Below, piece by piece: positions 1-11,200 of a stretch of 64,000 bases of DNA. The notes beneath the pieces were generated by a model. The model was given only the letters and a program-made list of their open reading frames with translations. It was not told the origin of the DNA and searched no databases. The stretch is from positions 98,789 through 162,788 of the IMG/VR virus record IMGVR_UViG_2974506819_000001; one strand, given 5' to 3'. Source of the stretch: a virus (Duplodnaviria > Heunggongvirae > Uroviricota > Caudoviricetes). Made by a program: the position numbers and the translations under genes. Each line of letters opens with the position of its first letter. The stretch's first letter is position 1.

Positions 1-322
1 AGCTAAACCACCGGTATTGAATGTCTTCACAGGTAACATACCGGTATTCATTACCTGGAAGGGTATTACTGGTTTTCAGGGGGACGTTAGCTTTGGTGTC
101 TAACCACGCCTGAATGGTAAGTTCATTACTAATCAGCTCGTTACGGTAATCGTTCAGCAAATCGATGCTGACCTGCTGATTGTAAACCCCATCCAGCACC
201 ACAATAATGAGTTGGCGGAAGTGAATGGGAATGTTCTTTAGTGCGATGCGACTGATGTCCAGTAGCTGTTGTCCCTCGGGACCAGTGGAGTAGACTCCGA
301 CTGCGCGCTGGTAAGTGTACAT
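1..322 (-). CDS. Hypothetical protein, 5' part only (start codon at 322-320, ORF runs off the window at position 1); N-term MYTYQRAVGVYSTGPEGQQLLDISRIALKNIP...
   Basis: Open minus-strand frame from ATG (cat at 320-322) to window edge; divergent from the + strand fibre operon; not in ORF track because truncated. Confidence 0.45.
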   Translation of the reverse strand, partial: MYTYQRAVGVYSTGPEGQQLLDISRIALKNIPIHFRQLIIVVLDGVYNQQVSIDLLNDYRNELISNELTIQAWLDTKANVPLKTSNTLPGNEYRYVTCEDIQYRWFS

Positions 323-418
323 ACTAGACCCTCTGTTGAATTTTATAGAGTTCTAAACTCAAGCTATAACATCTCTGGCCAGAGCTGTTTTTCCACTTCA
401 AAGATATAGGTAAATGCC

Positions 419-1156
419 ATGGCACAACCAGCCTATCCCTGGAACCCGTTTCAGGATTTGATCGATTCAAACATTGCCGGGGAAATTATCAAGCCCGCCA
501 CTGAAAATAACCGCATGGAATTTGTGCCTCGTGCGGCACCGTTCTTTGCCAAAGACTTTAAGCTCTACAAACAGGGCAGCAACACCCCGCTGGTGTTTGG
601 GCAGGACTACGTGTTTGCTCATCCGTTTGACGCCTTCATTGATACCTACAAGCGCAACGTGTTTGGCTCGGTGGTCTTGCTGAAGAAAGTCACCGGGGCA
701 CTGTACGCCGACTACGGCACCATCGGTACGCCGTTTGTGCTGGATGACGTGGCGTTTGCAACCCTGGTTGCCAACATCATGAACAGTCCGCGTCAGGTAG
801 ATTGGTCTAACCTGTCCAATGTCCCGACGGAATTCCCGTCTGACCCCCATCCCCATCCGATGATGCAAACCTACGATTACTACGACATGATGGTCATGCT
901 GCGTAGCTTAATCAATGCCATCTCCTACACCAGTAATGGCCAGACCATTCAGGGTCTGTTGGAAGAGCATATCGGTAAGCGCCTGATTGAAGCCCACAAG
1001 GCAGACAACAGCGATCTGGGTATGGACCTGGTAGAGAACGCCGGGTTAGCATCGTCGGCTGATCTTAATGGCAACAGTGCCAACAGCATCATGACCGTGG
1101 CGACCTTTAAAGAAGGGCTGCGTAAGTTCTCTGCGGGTCAGTTGAATATCGACTAA
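419..1156 (+). CDS. 245-aa protein sharing the N-terminal domain of the two large tail fibres (putative fibre-related/adaptor protein)
   Basis: ATG with SD aggtaaa; motif FVPRAAPFFAKDFKLY parallels IVPVNGPFFVDTLVLT and VIPNGAPFFGTDVELY in the next two genes. Confidence 0.6.
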   Translation: MAQPAYPWNPFQDLIDSNIAGEIIKPATENNRMEFVPRAAPFFAKDFKLYKQGSNTPLVFGQDYVFAHPFDAFIDTYKRNVFGSVVLLKKVTGALYADYGTIGTPFVLDDVAFATLVANIMNSPRQVDWSNLSNVPTEFPSDPHPHPMMQTYDYYDMMVMLRSLINAISYTSNGQTIQGLLEEHIGKRLIEAHKADNSDLGMDLVENAGLASSADLNGNSANSIMTVATFKEGLRKFSAGQLNID

Positions 1157-1168
1157 TAGAGGTTGACC

Positions 1169-4100
1169 ATGAATTTCCCCATTGTACAACAATATAAGTT
1201 TGATATTGATGGGACCAACCCTGAGAACAAAATCACTGACGAACCCATCAAAACCCCAGCCGGTATTTGGAACCGCATTATTGTTCCGGTAAACGGTCCG
1301 TTCTTTGTTGACACCCTGGTGCTGACACTGCCTAACGGTAAACCGCTGGTCGAAGAGGTTGATTATCGCATCTTCCGTATGATGGGGAAACTGTCGGAGT
1401 TCTGTGCCAGGGATGTGGCCTGCATCATTGAACTGATTAAGCCGGAAATTACGGACGTCCTTGCTACCTACCATACCGTAGGGGAAACCACTCTGTTTGA
1501 CCGCAGCATGCTGCTGTTGATTATGGACGCCGTCAATGACGACCGTCCGGTGTGGTGGGAGAACGTCCTGAACAAACCGGTGGCTTTCCCGCCGACTCTG
1601 CACGGTCACAGTTTGATTTATGAAATGGTGGCCTTCCAGGACATGGTGTCGATGATCGACGAGTTGTTGGATTTCCTCAACGACGGTCACCGCGATTTGC
1701 TGGAACTCAAAATCGACCACCTGAGCACGCTGATTGATTGGTACATCAGTCTGTATACCCAAACCCTGACGAAGTATCTGGAGCGTCATGAGGCGTCGTA
1801 CAACGCCCATGGGTTAACAGCCGCACAGGCCGGTGCCGATTTAATCGATAACTTCCCAACGGCGACCTTAACCCAGTCGTTGCAGGGTGAACGATCTGAC
1901 CTGGTGATTAAGCCAGCGGGACTAAAAGCACTGATGCAGGAATACGGTTACAACAGTGACTTCTTCCTGGAAACCAACATCATTCCGCTTTCCCGTTACG
2001 GTGCGCGTAGCTTTATCCCACCTTCTATTGATGGTAACTTCGAAGGCCTGGGAGCAGAAGTTGAAACCACCGGTATCTGTATGGAATCCGACGGGTCGCT
2101 GAGTATTTTGAGCAACCACTGGGATGGACGTACCGAAGGCTTGTACTTCAGTACCTGTCCAAACTATCAGGTAAAGGTGGAACGTATCTTCACCGGCTTT
2201 AAATACACGCACCAGAAAATCATTGCCAACGGTCAGGAAGTCACCCGCGTTATTGGTGGCACTAACCATGAAGTAATTATGGTGGGGCGTCCAGGTACAC
2301 CGAACTGGTTTGTGGGGTTAAGTAAAGGCACGTTGAACCCGTCGAAACATATTCTCTCTAAAGTGAATATGAAGCCGATTAACGATGCCATCGGTAACCC
2401 CAACGGTCAGAACTACAACAGCCACGATAAGCTGTCTGTGCACCTCATGGGGAACTGGGTTTACTTTATCCAGACCTACAGTGGTCCGTTAGGTGAAAAC
2501 GGCAGCAAGCGGCTTTTCCGGGTTCCTCGTGCATCGGTAGAAGCAGGTCTTGATGTAACGCCTACATCGATTAAGATTACGTACAAGAACTGGGACGGTA
2601 AACAGTACAACAGCGTCGATGAGTTCATCTGGGGTTCTCCAACGTTCGACAGTAACAATGCCGCAACGCGTTACCTGTTTAACTTTAACCCGGCTGTTCC
2701 GACCGCCACTACCGGTGGACTGTACCGTGCTGCAGTTACCCTTTCCTGTGCCATTCCGAACAAAGCCAACGCCTATGTGCTGAAGTTCATGAGTCACTTC
2801 TGGATTCCGTACATCGCTGGCAACGTCTCCACCGCCATCGATTGCTCTCCAGAGCTGGTATACGAATTTAACCCAGACACCGGGGTAATGACGTTAATCA
2901 GTAAGAGCGATGAACCCGGTGTTGTGGACATGACGAAAGGCAACGTTTCAGTTAACACCCTTAACGAAAACTCCAACGGGTTAATCGTTGCTAACTGGTC
3001 TCGTCAGGCTGCAGTGGTGTTGCCCAATGGTGATGTGGTGTTTGGGGGGAGTTCACTTTATTCGTACCCGCACTACCTCTACATTTACAAAACCGGCCAA
3101 CGTACACCGTATGAAACCATGAAGCTATGGTGGTCACGTCGTAACTTCCCGGCATCGGGATATGCAAGTGCGACTGAAATACCGGTGTCACCTATTGTGA
3201 GCGGCATTCAGCAGATTGGGGTGACGTACGACAATGAAGGTGAGTTCTACACAGCCTATCCGCAAAACGCATTGAATACCAAGTACCTGTACCACCGTAC
3301 GGTTACCGGTGACTATGCCAAACGCGAAGGGGTCAACAACCTGATCTATCCGAACTATTACTCTCGTCCAGTGGGTGGTGTGGTTAAACGGATCATGGCG
3401 ATGTGTAACACTCCCCGTATCAATATCACTGGTACGGCTACCCAAATTTCCAAATACGGATTAAACCTGGGATGGACTGGATTTGGTATGGGTCCTGAGG
3501 AACGTTTCTGGCGCCGTACGCAGAACTCGAACTGGACACCGGGAACAAACGATAATGATATCATGCTGGTCACGGCACACAACAAGCGTGACAACGGCGA
3601 CGGTACCATATCGTTGATTCCAACCAAACAGGTGCTCTGGCCTGCGGCCATTGTCAATCAGTTAAAGAACCTGATTCCTGCAGCGTACCGCAGCTCTCCG
3701 GATATCGCAGTCAGTATCATTGACTTCAGTGATGGTCCGGAAGGTAAGTTCGGCAGCTTCCCGGCAATCGTCCAGATTTATTATGTGGACGTTTCTCGTG
3801 CTATGGCACGTCAGATGTTCTTAACCGTTCGTCCGACGTACAGTGCGCCGTCAGGGATTCGCCGTACGGTAACAGGTTACACCATTCTGGGGTCATTGGA
3901 CGTTGACGTCATGGGCAGCCAAACCGACGTCTCAACGTGGCAACCGTATTTTGTGGGTGGGGTAAACGGTAGTGTAGCGAAAGCCGATATCTACCTGAAT
4001 GATGACGGCACCATGGAAGTGGACATTTGTTCAGGGGTCGCGTCACAGCATGCTGGTAACAACAGTATGGCGTGTGCACGTTTCACCATTAACAAGTCCA

Positions 4101-4669
4101 CGGGTCAGTTGGTTGGCGGTATTCCGTATAACTATCAGGAAGCTATGCAGTCTGGTCGTCATGCGGTACCGAAGGTTGGGATTGGACAGAACGTGTTCTG
4201 GGGAACCGGCAGTGGCGGGTCTGCGTTGATTAACGGTGCAGGCGGTAACTACTACATGCTGGCATCATGTTATCCAGAATCCGGATGGGTGGTCTACTTC
4301 CAGAAAGCTCAGGAAGTGGTGTTTAACGGCACGTCGTATACTCTGCCGCAAGGTACCATTGACTTGCGTGATATTGAGCCGAGCCCTGGGAATAAAACTT
4401 TCTACCTTTACTGTGAGGTGAAAGAGAACAAGGCCGCGTATCAAATCAGTACGCAGAAGCTGGAAGACACACCGTTCCACATGTGGATTGGTATTATCCG
4501 TACCAACGAGAAACAAATCCTCACCATTGATCGTTTCAACGTCTTTACCTTGAACGGTCAGCGTGTGTCGGAGACACGTCGTGGTTCTGCACTGCCAGCC
4601 TCTTCTGGTGCAATTAACAGTCTGGGTCAGATTCCGTGGCTGAAACCTTCTGAGATTATTCAGGGTTAA
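1169..4669 (+). CDS. Tail fibre / receptor-binding protein (~1166 aa)
   Basis: Very long ORF; ATG 1169 with SD gagg (ORF-track start 1163 is TTG); shares N-terminal ~340 aa and C-terminal ~100 aa (LPQGTIDLRDIEPSPGNKTFYLYCEV) with the following paralogue; Gly/Ser/Thr/Asn-rich beta-rich centre. Confidence 0.7.
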   Translation: MNFPIVQQYKFDIDGTNPENKITDEPIKTPAGIWNRIIVPVNGPFFVDTLVLTLPNGKPLVEEVDYRIFRMMGKLSEFCARDVACIIELIKPEITDVLATYHTVGETTLFDRSMLLLIMDAVNDDRPVWWENVLNKPVAFPPTLHGHSLIYEMVAFQDMVSMIDELLDFLNDGHRDLLELKIDHLSTLIDWYISLYTQTLTKYLERHEASYNAHGLTAAQAGADLIDNFPTATLTQSLQGERSDLVIKPAGLKALMQEYGYNSDFFLETNIIPLSRYGARSFIPPSIDGNFEGLGAEVETTGICMESDGSLSILSNHWDGRTEGLYFSTCPNYQVKVERIFTGFKYTHQKIIANGQEVTRVIGGTNHEVIMVGRPGTPNWFVGLSKGTLNPSKHILSKVNMKPINDAIGNPNGQNYNSHDKLSVHLMGNWVYFIQTYSGPLGENGSKRLFRVPRASVEAGLDVTPTSIKITYKNWDGKQYNSVDEFIWGSPTFDSNNAATRYLFNFNPAVPTATTGGLYRAAVTLSCAIPNKANAYVLKFMSHFWIPYIAGNVSTAIDCSPELVYEFNPDTGVMTLISKSDEPGVVDMTKGNVSVNTLNENSNGLIVANWSRQAAVVLPNGDVVFGGSSLYSYPHYLYIYKTGQRTPYETMKLWWSRRNFPASGYASATEIPVSPIVSGIQQIGVTYDNEGEFYTAYPQNALNTKYLYHRTVTGDYAKREGVNNLIYPNYYSRPVGGVVKRIMAMCNTPRINITGTATQISKYGLNLGWTGFGMGPEERFWRRTQNSNWTPGTNDNDIMLVTAHNKRDNGDGTISLIPTKQVLWPAAIVNQLKNLIPAAYRSSPDIAVSIIDFSDGPEGKFGSFPAIVQIYYVDVSRAMARQMFLTVRPTYSAPSGIRRTVTGYTILGSLDVDVMGSQTDVSTWQPYFVGGVNGSVAKADIYLNDDGTMEVDICSGVASQHAGNNSMACARFTINKSTGQLVGGIPYNYQEAMQSGRHAVPKVGIGQNVFWGTGSGGSALINGAGGNYYMLASCYPESGWVVYFQKAQEVVFNGTSYTLPQGTIDLRDIEPSPGNKTFYLYCEVKENKAAYQISTQKLEDTPFHMWIGIIRTNEKQILTIDRFNVFTLNGQRVSETRRGSALPASSGAINSLGQIPWLKPSEIIQG

Positions 4670-4685
4670 TGTTCACTAATTAAAG

Positions 4686-4716
4686 TCCGGGGGAGGTCAC
4701 CCTCCCCTGGCTTTCT
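4686..4716 (+). terminator. Rho-independent terminator after tail fibre 1
   Basis: GC hairpin gggggagg-tcac-cctcccc followed by ctttct. Confidence 0.5.
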
Positions 4717-4732
4717 AAAAGAGAATAAAGAG

Positions 4733-7700
4733 ATGGATGATTTACGTGTCCTCGATTTCGACGTTTTGGGAACGAATCCTAAAAACTATATCCGAGACGA
4801 GACGATACCGTTAACGGACAAAACCTGCCCTTGGGTAATTCCTAACGGTGCGCCGTTCTTCGGAACTGATGTAGAGCTGTATGACGAACGTGGTGCTTTG
4901 ATCCCACCTCGTTTATACTCTTTTGTGGCTGACTTTATCCCGTTCTCTGAACTCACTGGCAAAGCCGTTTGGTCTTTTATTGAACTGGACGAATCGATTC
5001 GCGAGAAGAATGCCTTTATTACGGTAAACTACCGCAGCATCGGGGCGTACTTTGTTCCGCGTAACCAGTTGGAAGATTGGTTAGAGAAAATCAAAACGGG
5101 GATTATCCCGGTGGGTTGGGAGAAGGTCTACGGTCTGCCGTTAACCTATAACCCAAGCTGGCACATTCACAGCGCCATCACAGAAATCGGTGACTGGTAT
5201 GAGCTGACCTGGTTCTTTGAAGCATTAACCAACATCCGGTTAACTCGTGACCCACAGCTGGACATCAACATCAATTCGGTGGTGGACACAGCGTATAAGG
5301 ACATGTTGCGAATCAAGGACGCACAGCTTCAACGGCTGGTTGACCACGATCACAATTACCATGACCCGCACGGTACCGATAAGTCACACCTGCAACTGGG
5401 TAACCGTGACAACTATCGGGTGGCGACCGCAGCGGAAGAAGCCGAAGGTAAACGCAACGATGTGCTGAGTACCCCACGTGGTGCACGCCTCAAAATCCAA
5501 TCATTGATTCCGGATACTGAGAAGCTGATGCAGAACGGGGTATTGCCTATCAGTCTGCTGGGTGGGGGTGACTTTATCCCTCCAACGATTGACGGGTCCT
5601 TTGAGGGCATCGGAAGTGACAGCGAGTCCACTGGGTTCTGTTTAGAGAACAACGGCCGTCTGATGTTGTTAACACGCCATTTCGATGGTCGTAACGCCGG
5701 ACTGTTCTTCTCGTTCGTGGATAACTACAAAGCCAACCCTAACGCCAACACCATCATCTTTACCGGGTACAAATATGCTAACCAGTATATCTCGGCAGAT
5801 GGTGTGGAAGCCGACTGCATTATTGCGGGAAGTAACCACAAGGTCTTGATGGTCGGTAAAAAGGGAACAGCGAACTGGTATCTGTGCTTAACCAATGGCA
5901 CGTTTAACCCGGCATCGCATTCCTTTATTAAGGTTGACATGACCAACGTCAACCTGAAGGCGTTTAATTCCCCGAACAACCCGACTTATTATAACGATGC
6001 TTTGGCTAACGTTCACAGAATTGGGGATTGGATTTATCTGATTCAAAGCACAGGCATTAACGGGAACGGGCCGAGTGGGTCGCAGTACTTCTTCCGTATC
6101 CGTGTGTCGGATGTATTGGCGGGTAACAATGCCAGCTGGGAACACGTTAAGCTCACCTACATTGATTATGACGGTGTGCAGCGTGTGAGCTTTGATTATT
6201 ATCAGATGCTGACTCAGCAAACCAACGCCCAGGGAAAAATTACCAAAGCCGGGTATTACTACAACCCACCCATGGACACGTACAGCGGGTTCTACCGTAA
6301 GTTTGTGTCCTATAGTGGTGAACACCCCACGGACAAGAACCGCGCCAGTCTCCACATGATTGGCCACACCTACCTGACGGTGCGTCTGAATAACAATACC
6401 TACACCACGGGTCCGGATGTGGACATGGCGTATGACTTTAACCCGAATACCGGCAACATGGTACTTCAGGATAAAGCGCCGCTGTGCACCATTGACGAAA
6501 ACAACGTGGTGCGTGACATGAACGGTAAGGTCATGGGAAGTCCGTGTCCTTTCGGTTCCGACATGACCTTCAGCTCCGGTAACTCTGCGTCTGTGGTATT
6601 GCCAAATGGTGATTCACTGAACTCCAACGGTCCGGACTCGGCGAAAACGTACCCGCGTAACTTTGTGGTGATGACGTCGCCTACCCTTACCAATGAGTGG
6701 GAAATGACGCGGCGTTCGTTGTACGCAATTGGGAACTTGGCGGCGACCTTCCGTTATCGTCAGCATTCCGTTATTGCGGGTCCGTTAAAGAACAACGTTT
6801 ACCCAGGCTGTATTTGTTATGCTTCTGACGGTGAGGTCTTTACCGCCCTGAACCAGAACGATAACAGTCGTGGAATGTTCTTTAAGAAAGTCACGGGTCC
6901 GTATCAGCTGCGCGACGAAGTCAAGATGAAAAACTATCCGAACGCGGTTTCTCGTCCTCTGACCAACGAAGTGTATAAAGCAAACCTGCCGCCAATGCAG
7001 ACCAACATCAACATGACCGGCACGGCTGCTCAACTCAGTTCTGCGGGACGTGAGATGGGTGACCATGGGATGAGCGTGGCGAAGTTCATTAACGTAACGT
7101 TGCCAGGGAATGACGGGAAGTTTAACGGTAGCTTTGACGGCATTGAAATGTGTTGGCCGAAGACCTTTAGCCGTAAACTGAATCAGGACCTCACCGCAGA
7201 TTATGCCGTGACCCGCTATTACGGTATTCGTCCGGCAACCCTACAGTCGTTGTACAACAACAACACACCTGGGGCCATTGGTGACAAAGCGTGCAGTATC
7301 GCAATGTTCCCTGCCGAGAACGGTCCGATGTTTAATGGTATTGCCATTGGCATGATGGCGTTTGTGTACTACGTCGGTAACTCCACGCTTCGTGTTCGTT
7401 TGGTGACCTTTAAAGCCACCATTGAAGCTGCGAACGCTGCACATCCTAACGTTGACCTGATTACCAATTTCCAGGTACTGGCTACGCAGGACGGTATCGG
7501 TAAAGAGTCCGTTCTTGATAGCAGCTGGGGGATCGGTATCCAGTATGGTACCATGGTTCCTACGTTACAGTGTTATCGTAATGGTAACTCAATGGACTTC
7601 TACTGGTATATTGGTTTCCAGTTTCTGGTTGCAGGTAATACCAACATTGCATGTTGTTCAGGGACAGTTAACCTGACGTCGGGTGCTATCAGCAATTACG

Positions 7701-8251
7701 AGCCGGCTACCGCTAACTGGTTACCGGACGGCAGTACCCAACAGGCCGTACCAAACGTTGGATTGTGTTTAAACGTATTTGTAGGAAACGGCAGCAGCCC
7801 AAGCGCACAGGTAGCACAAACTGTGGATGGAAGTCGCACCTTCGTATTGGCCTCGACCTATCCGTCTCCGTTGTGGTCGGTGTTTTTTAAAGAAGGGACC
7901 CGCGCACTGATTAACGGCACGAAGTACATGTTGCCAATTGGGGTTGTGGACCTGCGAGACATTGACCCATCACCTGCCAACAAAACGTTCTACATTTATG
8001 TGGGGGTAGATGAGAACGGAGCGAAATACTTGATTACCAAAAACCGCCTACGCCACAACAACTTCTTGTTGCCGGCTGCTACCGTGGTGTGTGGTGAGAA
8101 ACAGGTGATTCGTATTGATACCCGTCAGCCGTTCTTGATTGGGGATTACATCCTGACGTCAGACCGTGAAGGCGGAACCATTCCTGTGTCTACTGGTCTG
8201 CCAATGGATGAAGGTAGCTTCCGTTATATCTACAACTCGGACCTGATTTAA
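4733..8251 (+). CDS. Tail fibre / receptor-binding protein paralogue (1172 aa)
   Basis: ATG with SD aaagag; conserved N-term (IPPTIDGSFEGIGSDSESTGFCLENNGRLMLL) and C-term (LPIGVVDLRDIDPSPANKTFYIYVGV) match the previous gene, central region divergent. Confidence 0.7.
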   Translation: MDDLRVLDFDVLGTNPKNYIRDETIPLTDKTCPWVIPNGAPFFGTDVELYDERGALIPPRLYSFVADFIPFSELTGKAVWSFIELDESIREKNAFITVNYRSIGAYFVPRNQLEDWLEKIKTGIIPVGWEKVYGLPLTYNPSWHIHSAITEIGDWYELTWFFEALTNIRLTRDPQLDININSVVDTAYKDMLRIKDAQLQRLVDHDHNYHDPHGTDKSHLQLGNRDNYRVATAAEEAEGKRNDVLSTPRGARLKIQSLIPDTEKLMQNGVLPISLLGGGDFIPPTIDGSFEGIGSDSESTGFCLENNGRLMLLTRHFDGRNAGLFFSFVDNYKANPNANTIIFTGYKYANQYISADGVEADCIIAGSNHKVLMVGKKGTANWYLCLTNGTFNPASHSFIKVDMTNVNLKAFNSPNNPTYYNDALANVHRIGDWIYLIQSTGINGNGPSGSQYFFRIRVSDVLAGNNASWEHVKLTYIDYDGVQRVSFDYYQMLTQQTNAQGKITKAGYYYNPPMDTYSGFYRKFVSYSGEHPTDKNRASLHMIGHTYLTVRLNNNTYTTGPDVDMAYDFNPNTGNMVLQDKAPLCTIDENNVVRDMNGKVMGSPCPFGSDMTFSSGNSASVVLPNGDSLNSNGPDSAKTYPRNFVVMTSPTLTNEWEMTRRSLYAIGNLAATFRYRQHSVIAGPLKNNVYPGCICYASDGEVFTALNQNDNSRGMFFKKVTGPYQLRDEVKMKNYPNAVSRPLTNEVYKANLPPMQTNINMTGTAAQLSSAGREMGDHGMSVAKFINVTLPGNDGKFNGSFDGIEMCWPKTFSRKLNQDLTADYAVTRYYGIRPATLQSLYNNNTPGAIGDKACSIAMFPAENGPMFNGIAIGMMAFVYYVGNSTLRVRLVTFKATIEAANAAHPNVDLITNFQVLATQDGIGKESVLDSSWGIGIQYGTMVPTLQCYRNGNSMDFYWYIGFQFLVAGNTNIACCSGTVNLTSGAISNYEPATANWLPDGSTQQAVPNVGLCLNVFVGNGSSPSAQVAQTVDGSRTFVLASTYPSPLWSVFFKEGTRALINGTKYMLPIGVVDLRDIDPSPANKTFYIYVGVDENGAKYLITKNRLRHNNFLLPAATVVCGEKQVIRIDTRQPFLIGDYILTSDREGGTIPVSTGLPMDEGSFRYIYNSDLI

Positions 8252-8258
8252 CTTTTAT

Positions 8259-8285
8259 GGCCCACGCAGTCAGTGGGCCTGTTTC
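8259..8285 (+). terminator. Weak terminator/attenuator hairpin between fibre 2 and fibre 3 genes
   Basis: ggcccac-gcagtca-gtgggcc then tgtttc. Confidence 0.35.
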
Positions 8286-8299
8286 ATGAGGAGTTACGC

Positions 8300-11200
8300 G
8301 TGATTATTATCGAGCGTTGGAAAGAACCTCCCGTTCTCGACACCCCCGAGCCGAAGTTTGGTGAGGTGATACGCAGCCTTAACGATTTGTTGTTTTTAGC
8401 CGAACAGCAAACCCAACAGTTTAATGCCAGCACCACCGCTAAGCTCGACACCATTAAAACCAAACTGACCCGTTTCAGTGTGGACCTGCCTGCACGTATT
8501 GATGTTCACTTGAACGGTAAAGGTGCGATGCACGGTGAAACCAGAAACACCATCGGGTTAAGTAAAGTCGACAACTTCCGTACGGCGACGCTGACAGAAC
8601 AACGTGACATGGTCGATGTGGATGCCCTGTGTACTCCAGCCGGTGTGCAGGCCGCTGTAGACAAGAACAACTCGTTCCGTCAAGAAGACTACCAAAAGAA
8701 CGACCTGTTCCCATTTGGCAGTATTCATACCCCTGACCTGTACCCGCGTGTTTCCACCAACTGGAAGAACGTACCTTACTTCCAAAACGATTACTGTACG
8801 TTGGGTTATCAAAACGACCGTGTCATTGTTTCCCCTAAACAAGACGCCAGCAAATACAGTGGGTTCACTGGCTTTGTATCGGACTCCTTGCAAGCAGCCT
8901 CGATGATGTTGCTGAACGAGCAGTCGGATATGGCGATGAGTTACCTGGGTGAAGGATGGGGGATGCGTGGAGCTCAGACGTCGGATAACAAGGTTGCTGT
9001 GTTTCGTCCGCTGGCTAACCTGAAAAAATTCAACTACCCCAGCCAGATGAACCTGCCGGGCAGTAAAGCCTACATCCTGTGGGATGAATACATCACCGAT
9101 TTGGTGCAAGGCTTTGCGGTGAGTGTGGATGTGTCCGGTAGCACGATCTCTGTGTACCATGACGTGTTTAAAGCACTCAACCCTACCACTGACCCTACGT
9201 TAACTTCCGCGGTCTCCTTGGGGGTCTTAACGTCCTTAACGTGGATTGGTGGGTTGGACTTGGTGCCGGTACGCGGTAGCCACGCCTACAACCTGTACAA
9301 CTTCATTGATGCGGACCCAGGTGTTACCATTGCGGTAAACCCAGCGGCACGTATTAAAGTCAGCCCGACCTTAATCTGGGCAGTGCAGGACAAAGAGATT
9401 TACGTCCATATTGCCGTGCCGGTTATTGTCGCAGCTAACGGTAAATCCAAAGAGTATGTTCTGCGGTTTACGGAAAGCTGGAACGTGGCAGGGATTAACA
9501 ACGGGTCGCAAATCTCGACTACACAGTTAGGGGTCTTAACCAAAGACTACGTTAACGCCAATCTGGAAATCCGTGACACGCCCAAATGGATGATGCCCTG
9601 CGACTGGACTGACGCACTTAACCCTGTAGGGTTACCGGGTGTCTTCCTGAAGTCCGGGTACGTTATTCAGGCGCGTTCAACGAAGTACGGGATTAAGGTC
9701 AAGTACTCGACCACGCCACTGAAATCCAGTCTGGAGTGGATTAACGGTTACAAGACCGCGAAGAAACCGTCGTCTGCAGTAACCCGTACCTTCTCTCCGG
9801 GTCGTTACCTGTCCTTTGGGGAAATCCCAGAACGTATCCTGCCAATGGATGTGTCTAACGGGGTTACTCGTTACCTGTCCTATCAGGACATTAACAAGAA
9901 GCATGGTTACGGTTGGACAGAACACACCTGGTTCAACGACAAGGTGATGAAAGCAGGCAGTCCGGTGAACACCCACAGTGCGTTGTCTCCGGATAACTCC
10001 ATTGTGTACGAGTTCAGTAATGACTTCAACAAATCCCTGGTAATCAAAGCCGGTAAAAATGGCGGGATTGCGACCAGTGGCATGGCCTTTACCTTCGCCA
10101 ATGATTTTGTTGGCAAAGACGGGTTCAGCTACCAGAGCGGGATTGTGAAACCAGGAGTTGACGTGGCATTGGGTAAACCCATTATCGCGGCAATGCAGAC
10201 CCATGGCCTGAAGATACTGAAACGCGCTGCAGCGCAATACGGTACCGGTTACGATGCGCGTAAATCTGAGCTGACTAACCAGGTCTACTGTTTCGACAAC
10301 AGCAAAATCCTCGTGATTATCAGCGACGGTCTTGCTTACGCCGAAGCCGGCCTCTTTACCTACCGTATTGAAAACGGGGTATTGAACGCAGAGATTCCAT
10401 TAACGGATGACCAGTTCTTCCGTATTACCGACAGCACCAAGCGACCGAGTTTGTTAAGTCGTACCAGTGCTACCGGTGATGGGGTCAACCACCTGTTTGC
10501 GGACCTGCTCATTTATCAGGAAGATGATGACACGTTCCATGTCGGTGTACCGCGTGCCTTCGGTCATGTGTTTGGTGACCTGACGTTCTCTATCACCAAC
10601 TACCGTACCAAACCGGCCTTCACACCTCGTATCACGAACCCAGCGCGTCTGTACAGCAATGATTCGCCGATTGATGTGGTGGAAGAGCTCTATCCTCAAG
10701 TACTGGCTACGACCTTTGGTCTGTTTGCTTTCCAACCGAGCATCACGTCAGCAGTACAAACGCGTCTGCAGCAAGCGGGTGGGTCGTTTACTATGGATCC
10801 TTATCTGCCTCCAGATGCGTATTACTGTATCGTGCCGAGCGGGACCCGTTGTATCCTGGGGGGTCGTTCAGTCACTCTGGAACGCAGCTACTACCTGCCG
10901 TTTGATGGTACCGACAACACGCACTTCTATCTGACCCGTAACGGTGACGATGTGCTGTTGGAGAAATCCATTGGACTCATGGAACCGAGTAACAGTTCGG
11001 TGTTGTACGCTTACTACCATCCTGGTGAGCTGACCATTGTACCGTCGTATATCGTGTTGGATGACCATGTGCTAAGTTATGCTCGTCGTGGTTCGGCTAT
11101 CCCGGTAACGTTGGATACCGGCACGGCAATCGGTAGCAACGTGTTCTTCCGTCGTGGTGATGTTAACTACGTGGATGTCCCGGTTGCACAGTTCGAGCTG

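Noticed and set aside
1163-1168. TTG/GTG-initiated N-terminal extensions proposed by the ORF track (1163, 8273, 22276, 24600, 26402, 28720, 30363, 36891, 43487, 47957, 54947, 55767, 57300, 58683, 60578, 60915)
   Set aside because: In each case a downstream in-frame ATG (or SD-preceded GTG) with a Shine-Dalgarno at correct spacing exists. The extension usually overlaps the preceding gene or a terminator hairpin, so starts were moved (for example 1169, 8300, 22315, 24615, 26432, 28870, 30375, 36921, 43493, 48170, 54980, 55845, 57330, 58710, 60698, 60966).
1046-1810. Long minus-strand ORFs embedded antisense in large + strand genes (1046-1810, 20365-21360, 26657-27250, 31602-32351, 49517-50125, 51078-51623)
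   Set aside because: Each lies entirely inside a + strand gene with recognisable motifs or much better coding character. Their translations are Val/His/Gly/Arg-rich antisense shadows typical of GC-balanced coding DNA, and none has an SD-ATG context.
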